Source: Neolecta irregularis DAH-3 (Eukaryota). From it: a stretch of DNA of 54,872 bases. Where the stretch lies: positions 1-54,872 of the forward strand of contig LXFE01000464.1 in the NCBI GenBank assembly GCA_001929475.1, read 5' to 3'. This document shows positions 48,806 to 54,872 of this stretch, in pieces; the stretch's first letter is position 1; every line of letters starts with the position of its first letter. The notes below the pieces were generated by a model that was not told the DNA's origin, did not search any database, and worked only from the letters and a program-made list of their open reading frames with translations. A program made the position numbers and the translations under genes.

Positions 48806-51391
48806 TCAACTACGTCTTAATTCTTCGATATTCTTCCTTCGGAGGTCACTCTCTGCGAACAAAGCCCGGAGTAAGGAGATCAATTCGTCATTGGAAAAGT
48901 CGACGAGGTTCCCGTCACGGTATTCGCTCATTATTTCAGACATTGTCCATTCGAGAATCTCTGCTAGCCACTGAAATTTAAACCAGCTAGGTGAATACAT
49001 CGCCGTTATCGCAGTCTTTCAGTCAGTCATTCGTTTGAAAGATCAAGTATACTCCATTGGAATCATCACCCGTTTGGAATAAAATTTCCAACTCGCCGAT
49101 TTTCTTGATAAATGAAGACAAATTTTTGGATTCTGGTTCAGAAATGTCTTTCAACATCTCGATATCCTGAATCATAGTGCTGCTAATCTCTTCCACTAAG
49201 AAACCCAACGATTTCAAGGTCACTGATTTCGAAAGAACTTTGTTCCATTCCCCAGTCAAAGAACGGATTAATTCGATACACCCCTGAACAGATGATTCGC
49301 AATCCTCCTGTCGAGTAGGAACTGTACAAGAAATGAAATTCTCTGCTTTCGATAATATCTTTTGAACCTGTGATTTCAAGGATTCCTGATTGGTCATTTA
49401 ACGTATCGATTAGACATACTAATTCATTGTTGTACCAGTCTGTTGCCAGGAAAAGCAATACATTAGCTTCTTTAAGGAAATTGACTTTAGATTTTTCGAA
49501 AGGATTCATGGAGCGGATATTGGAGGCGAGATACATGCAATCATTGCATGCGAGCATTGGATTTTCCGCGGCATATGTCAGGGGTGCCAAGGCTCGATAT
49601 AGAGTCAGCAGCGGGGGAATGATATTTAGAATATTCACTGGAGGTATTGAAATGACACTTTCGGCATAACTGTATCGTCAATTGAGGAATATGGGAGATG
49701 TACCGTTCTTTTTGGAGTTCTTCAAAATGATTTAGTACCTGACGTACCAGTTCAAGAATAGAATTTGGCAGCGACGAAATTGTGCATAATTCAACTTGCG
49801 GATCAGGAATTGATGCCGTGGAAAGATTCCGCGAATGCATATTGCGTGATTTTTTCTTTTCCTCTGTGTGGTGTTGGTCGTCCTCATTCCAGGCAGACCA
49901 TTCATCTTCATTCGCAATGTTTTCCTCTTCATCGATATCATCGCCAAAATCTAATCCCCATTCATCCAATTGGTCTTCCGCTATGGTAGATTGCTTCTCC
50001 GAGGTTTGCTTTTCATCCCAATCAGCATTCCAATCATCAGATTCATGGCGATTTGTAGATTCAACTTGATAAAGTACTTTTGACTGTTGATATGGAATCT
50101 TCTTCATGCCGGTCGACCCTTTGATCATCGCTTGTCGAGCTTGTATGAGCATTTTCTGTTTCGTTTTCGAGACCCAAACTGAGCCAGATCTCCCTACCCA
50201 ACTTCTCAAGTCATCATCTGCAGTCCAATGCAGATTTTCCAGGTATACCTCGAATTTTTCGACTTGTTGCAGTGTATAATTTGCTGATGGAAGATCATGG
50301 AGGTTTTCGGGGATGTAAGATGGGAGGATTTCACGGATAAGATGCGAATTGATTGTAGAAAGAAGGAGTGGAATTAGATGAGATGATGCAACACGTGGGA
50401 TGGCAGAGTCGATAAAAGATGCAAAGATCTTGAGGGAGTCGAATATGGTGATACTGGGATCGTTGTTATCTCGCAGAATATACCTTGAATCTTCCACGGT
50501 GAGCATCTTTGAATCTGGATTTGAGAGTAGTGGTCGGAGAATCAGTGTGTTGAGTCGACTGTAGAGTGATTTTACTAATTTGGGCAATTTTCCACCAGTC
50601 TCGAGGGCTCTCGCCGCGTCTTCAACAGTTGACTCGAACCCTGTAATTAGCATCAGACAATCGTACACTGTACCAGGGAGAATGAGAGCCCGGTCTGGAG
50701 ATGAATCAACCTTTACAAGTGTATTCCAAACACTCTCAGCCTTTTCAAATAAGACATTCTTTAAAGAATGGATGCGGTCTTGTATCGAGGCGCTCAAAAC
50801 AACCAGCTTTTTAGATTCTTGTATTGGCGAGAGTAACAGTTGTGCACGCTGCAAAAGATCTAGCGATCTGCAAAATTCGCTTGAAAGTAGCGCTGTATCC
50901 GCATCTTCACAAACATGATAAATACATTGCAACGTGGACAATTTCTCAATGATGGCTTCGTTGACGGACAAAGAAAAAAGGTGGCCTGTATAAGCAATAG
51001 CTTTCGCGTCTGCCTCATTTTCAAGTTGCTGATCTGTTATCGGTGGATTGAATTGGAAAGGTACGGAATGAGCCTGGCAAGCGAGTCTGAGTTTCTCTGT
51101 CTCGGATCTGATGGCTGAGTATTCCTCGTACTTGTGCAATACGCTCTGTTGGAAATCGTCATAGATTTCTCTATTTGTCTCGATCAGACGATCTATTTTA
51201 TCCTGAGGTTAGTCAAGTGGTGTGCAAAGGTGAACCCGGGTGGAACGAATGGCATTTTCGAGAGCTTCCGAAGCGGCATTACAGGTATTTTTGTCATTAA
51301 AGTCCTGCTCGAGCAGTCTATCTGGGAGGTCAAATGCAGTACGCGGCGAAGCAATAGCAGCAACGAGGGCGTCAGCAAGTGCCATGGCCAT
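48806..51391 (-). CDS. ZW10: ZW10/Dsl1 homologue (CATCHR tether / kinetochore protein), multi-exon
   Basis: C-terminal ELISLLRALFAESDLRRKNI, MLACNDCMYLA, IEMLKDISEPES, and a central acidic Trp-rich loop. Start at 51391 or 51385. Confidence 0.88.
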
Positions 51392-51401
51392 GGCTGTCTC
51401 G

Positions 51402-51500
51402 GAAGTGAGTCGGGGATTCCCGGAACTGCACGTGTCGGAACGCACGTGTTGTTCAGACACGTGCGAAGTGAGTCGGGGGTTCCCGGAACTGCACGTGTCG
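51402..51500. promoter_or_regulatory. Bidirectional promoter region with a 36-bp direct repeat and four CACGTG E-boxes
   Basis: gaagtgagtcggggRttcccggaactgcacgtgtcg at 51402-51437 and 51465-51500. CACGTG at 51429, 51443, 51458 and 51492. Lies in the 149 nt between divergent ATGs. Confidence 0.65.
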
Positions 51501-51540
51501 TGCTTCGGCGACCTGTGTCGTGCTGTTTTTTTCTGTCACT

Positions 51541-54500
51541 ATGTTTTCCGAGTTGCCGCCGAATCCGCGCTTTGAGGTGGTCACTGCCTTTGACACGGTC
51601 TATGGAAACAGAATCACGCAATACCGCAGCAATCGCACTGGCTTGCATGCGATTGTTGTAGATGTCGATGTGTCAATTATTTCCTGTCACGCTGTCGTGG
51701 CTACCGAAAGCATTCTGCATCTCTGTATGCCATACTAATGCCAGTCCACGACGATTCAGGATGTCCGCATACGCTTGAACATCTCATTTTTCTCGGAAGT
51801 CGAAAATACCCGTATCACGGTATCCTCGATCTCCTCGCCAATAAGTCCTTTGCGCAGGGCACAAATGCTTGGACCGACACCGATAACACTGTCTACGATA
51901 TATACACCGCCAGTGAAGACGGGTTTCTCCGGATTCTGCCTATATACATCGACCACGTCTTATTCCCTGTACTCCAGCAAAGCGCTTTTACAACTGAAGT
52001 CTACCACGTCAACGGCACCGGAGAAGACGGCGGAGTGGTATTTTCAGAAATGCAGGGGACAGAGAATACAAGTAGTAGTCTTATGGCGCTCGAGTATGAA
52101 CTCGAAAGGTTATATTGACAATTAGGACCCAACGAACGCTTTTCCCACAAGGAAGCGGATATCGAAGCGAGACAGGCGGATTAATGGAGTCTCTTCGAGC
52201 TCTGGATAATGAAAAAATCAAAGAGTTTCATAAAAAGGCATATGTCCCGCGAAATCTAGCTATTGTGATCGTGGGGAAACTAGATCACGCGAATTTATTA
52301 AAAACTTTACAAGCGATGGACGATGACATTTCTCCAGACTTTCCGATGACTCGAGATTATCAGCGGTATAGTTACTTCTTTGTTTTCGCTAAGCATAGAC
52401 CGTGGGTTACTTCCCCAGCTACCAACCGACTATCAAAATCGACTTTGAAGAGTGTCGAGTTTCCTGATAAAGATGAAAGTATGGGCGAAGTCTGTATTTC
52501 CTGGCTCGGTCCATCTGCATTTGTATTTATCTCCTATTTATATCTAATTTTAGGATTTGGTGGATGCGACTGCTATTCTCATGATATGTTTATATCTCTG
52601 CGATTCGCCCATCGCGCCTCTTTCGAGGGAATTCATAGAAATTGAACACCCACTCTGTACCAGTTCGTCCTCCCCTGATTCCACTTCTTCCGCTTATGAT
52701 AGACATCTCTTTTGATATTTCCGAACGCCTTGAATCGTTGTGTACTTTGGAATTTTCTGCAGTGCCAACTGCTTTTCTACAATCTTTTGAATCGAAATTT
52801 TTCAGTGTTTTGGATACTGTTGTTCGAGATGGAGTTGATTTGGGTAGAATGACCATGTTGATCAACAAGGAAAAATTAAAAGTACGTTCATTGTTATCCT
52901 TTTTAATCAGCAAGAGCTTTGATGCAGTGGAGACGTCGCCGCATAATGGATTTACAACTTCTATTATCACTGCTGTATTGTACGGCGATGAGCAAGGCCA
53001 CGATTTAAAGAAATATCTGGTCGATTTAGAAGCATTTGATATTCTGTCAACCTGGACTCGAAGCCAATGGTCCTCGTCTCTTTCTCGGTGGTTTATTGAT
53101 CAACCCCATGTTACGATTTTGGCCACTCCGTCAAATGCAATGGCCAACCGCCTCGAAAAAGAAAATACACAACGTATACAAAATCGGATTACAGATCTTG
53201 GAAGAGAAAAACTCGAGGCTCTTGACCGAGATTTAGTGCTTGCCAAGAAAGAAAATGAGCGGCCTATACCGAATAGCATTCTCGCTGATTTTAGAATACC
53301 CGAGATTGAATCTATTCATTTTATTCAATCTGAGACGGCGAGGGTTGGATTAGGTAGACTCGATGGTGTCTTGTATGCGGGTCCAGGGAGTGCGCTGATT
53401 GATAGTGATAACCCCACTCAACGAGCAATGGACTCTCATCGAGATTTGAATTTATGGGTGCAGTTGGATGGTATGTTCTTTCAATAGCAACTTTTGAAAG
53501 ATATTCGTTCTCAATTTTTTAATGTCTACGTGTACATTTCGACGACGGGACTCGACGCACGACAACGACTTTTTGTTCCTCTCTTTCTCGACAACCTTTT
53601 CGTTAATCCAGTTACACGCAAGAACGGGGAAAAATTGACTTGGGAACGTGTTGTTGAAGCGCTCGATTTGGACTTTGTTGATTATGGTGCGTATTTGGGT
53701 GTCGGACAATCTTTTGAGGATTTGATTGTTGCTAAGGTGAAAGTTGCGGTATATTCGTTCTTGAAGGTGATTGAGATGTAGAAGGACAAGTATTTGGAAG
53801 CTGTGGACTGGATTTACGATATACTCGTGGTATGCCATCCTCTTTCTAAACTGACGACGAGGGGACGGAATTTGACGCAGAACGGTGTGCTTTGTGGGAA
53901 TATTGCTGATAACAGAGTTGGCGTTTCGTTGTCCAAGATGATTAATAATATCCCTGCGCAACGACGAGATGGAAGTGGAATGAGCTGGGCGCTATATTAC
54001 GATTTAATCCTGGATGAAAATAGATCGACGGCCAAGGCTTCGAATTTCCTTACCCAGGAGAAATTTCTTCACGAGATGGAACAAGTATTTGAACAGAATC
54101 CAAGCGATATTCTTTCTGGCTTGTGTGGGATTCAGAGGATTTGTATGTTTTGTGGAGACAATATTTACGCCCAGGTTGTCTTCCAGAAAACATGCGGGTG
54201 CATATAATTGGTCCGGTGGTTCAACTGGCGGATCCGTTGTCGCCGTGGGATATGTTCCGGTGCACGAAGGAAGTGACGCCAGTGCGGTATGCGCGAGATT
54301 TGCTTTCCGGCGTTGGGATGTGTCCGCGGCGAGTGGCGACTATTCTGGCGTTGCCGAGTATTGAGTCTTCGTTCTCGATCCACTTTTCGCGGGGGCCGCA
54401 AGATTGGCAGCATCCTGATTTGGCGGCGCTGCTAGTACTAGCCGAGTATCTCAGTCTTGTGGAGGGATATTTCTGGAAGGGGATCCGGGGAGCGGGGCTA

Positions 54501-54872
54501 GCTTATGGGGCATCGCTGAGCTTGAGGATGGAGGAGGGGATGATTTACTTTTCTGTGTATCGGAGTCCGAACAGTGCGTTGGCGTTTGAAAAGGCCAAGG
54601 AGATTGTTGAGGAGCTTGGTAGCGGGAAGCAAAAGTTTGACGAGTTGACGCTGGACAGTGCCAAGAGTTCGCTGATTTATGCAAATGTAGTGTCTGAATG
54701 GGGAGTGTTGACGAGTAGGTGTCTACGGAGAGTACGCTTATGAGTGCGGTATGGGTGAGCTAGGCGAGTATTGAGGATAGGCATCGTCTGGGTTTATCAC
54801 GCAAGTTTTGCAGCAACGGCCTTGTGGGTACCGGCGGGATATTTTGGGAAAGATACATGTATGATTATGTAG
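51541..54872 (+). CDS. M16 (pitrilysin/insulinase-like) zinc metallopeptidase, many exons, 3-prime end beyond the window
   Basis: DDSGCPHTLEHLIFLGS (HxxEH), TNAWTDTDNT, GVVFSEMQG, GYRSETGG, FWKGIRGAGLAYGA. Confidence 0.93.

Noticed and set aside
51134..51661. ORFs of 175 aa (+) and 151 aa (-) spanning the ZW10/M16 promoter
   Set aside because: Shadow ORFs from GC-rich duplicated promoter sequence, overlapping better-supported genes.

Overview
Gene-dense eukaryotic (fungal) genomic DNA with very short spliceosomal introns (those I delimited are mostly 33-50 nt) and tiny intergenic gaps. This pattern and the gene content (het-c homologues, SAM-HMG, fungal TACC domain) fit a compact early-diverging ascomycete such as Neolecta/Taphrinomycotina; that is inference, not a database match. 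About 27 protein-coding genes can be modelled by hand-splicing: THOC5, ornithine decarboxylase, proteasome beta7, a fucosyltransferase-like membrane protein, an A1 aspartic protease, C2H2, bZIP and SAM-HMG transcription factors, a small TACC/Slk19-domain protein, two HET-C paralogues, CSA/ERCC8, Rrn10-like, EMC2, Spp2, a histidine acid phosphatase, OGG1, kinesin-8, an FAH-family hydrolase, the PKA regulatory subunit, bL34m, ZW10/Dsl1, an M16 peptidase running off the right end, and several orphans. Non-coding features are two diverged solo LTRs of one family (upstream of ODC and of het-c copy 2), minisatellites around a decayed ORF at the left end, and a duplicated E-box-rich bidirectional promoter. 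Most notable: a duplicated het-c locus with no HET-domain partner, at least five GC-AG introns plus an apparent GT-TG intron, start codons only 22 and 31 nt apart in two head-to-head gene pairs, and an AUG-free ODC leader downstream of an LTR TATA box. No rRNA, tRNA or CRISPR array was recognised. Coordinates of spliced genes are start codon to stop codon, from manual reading.
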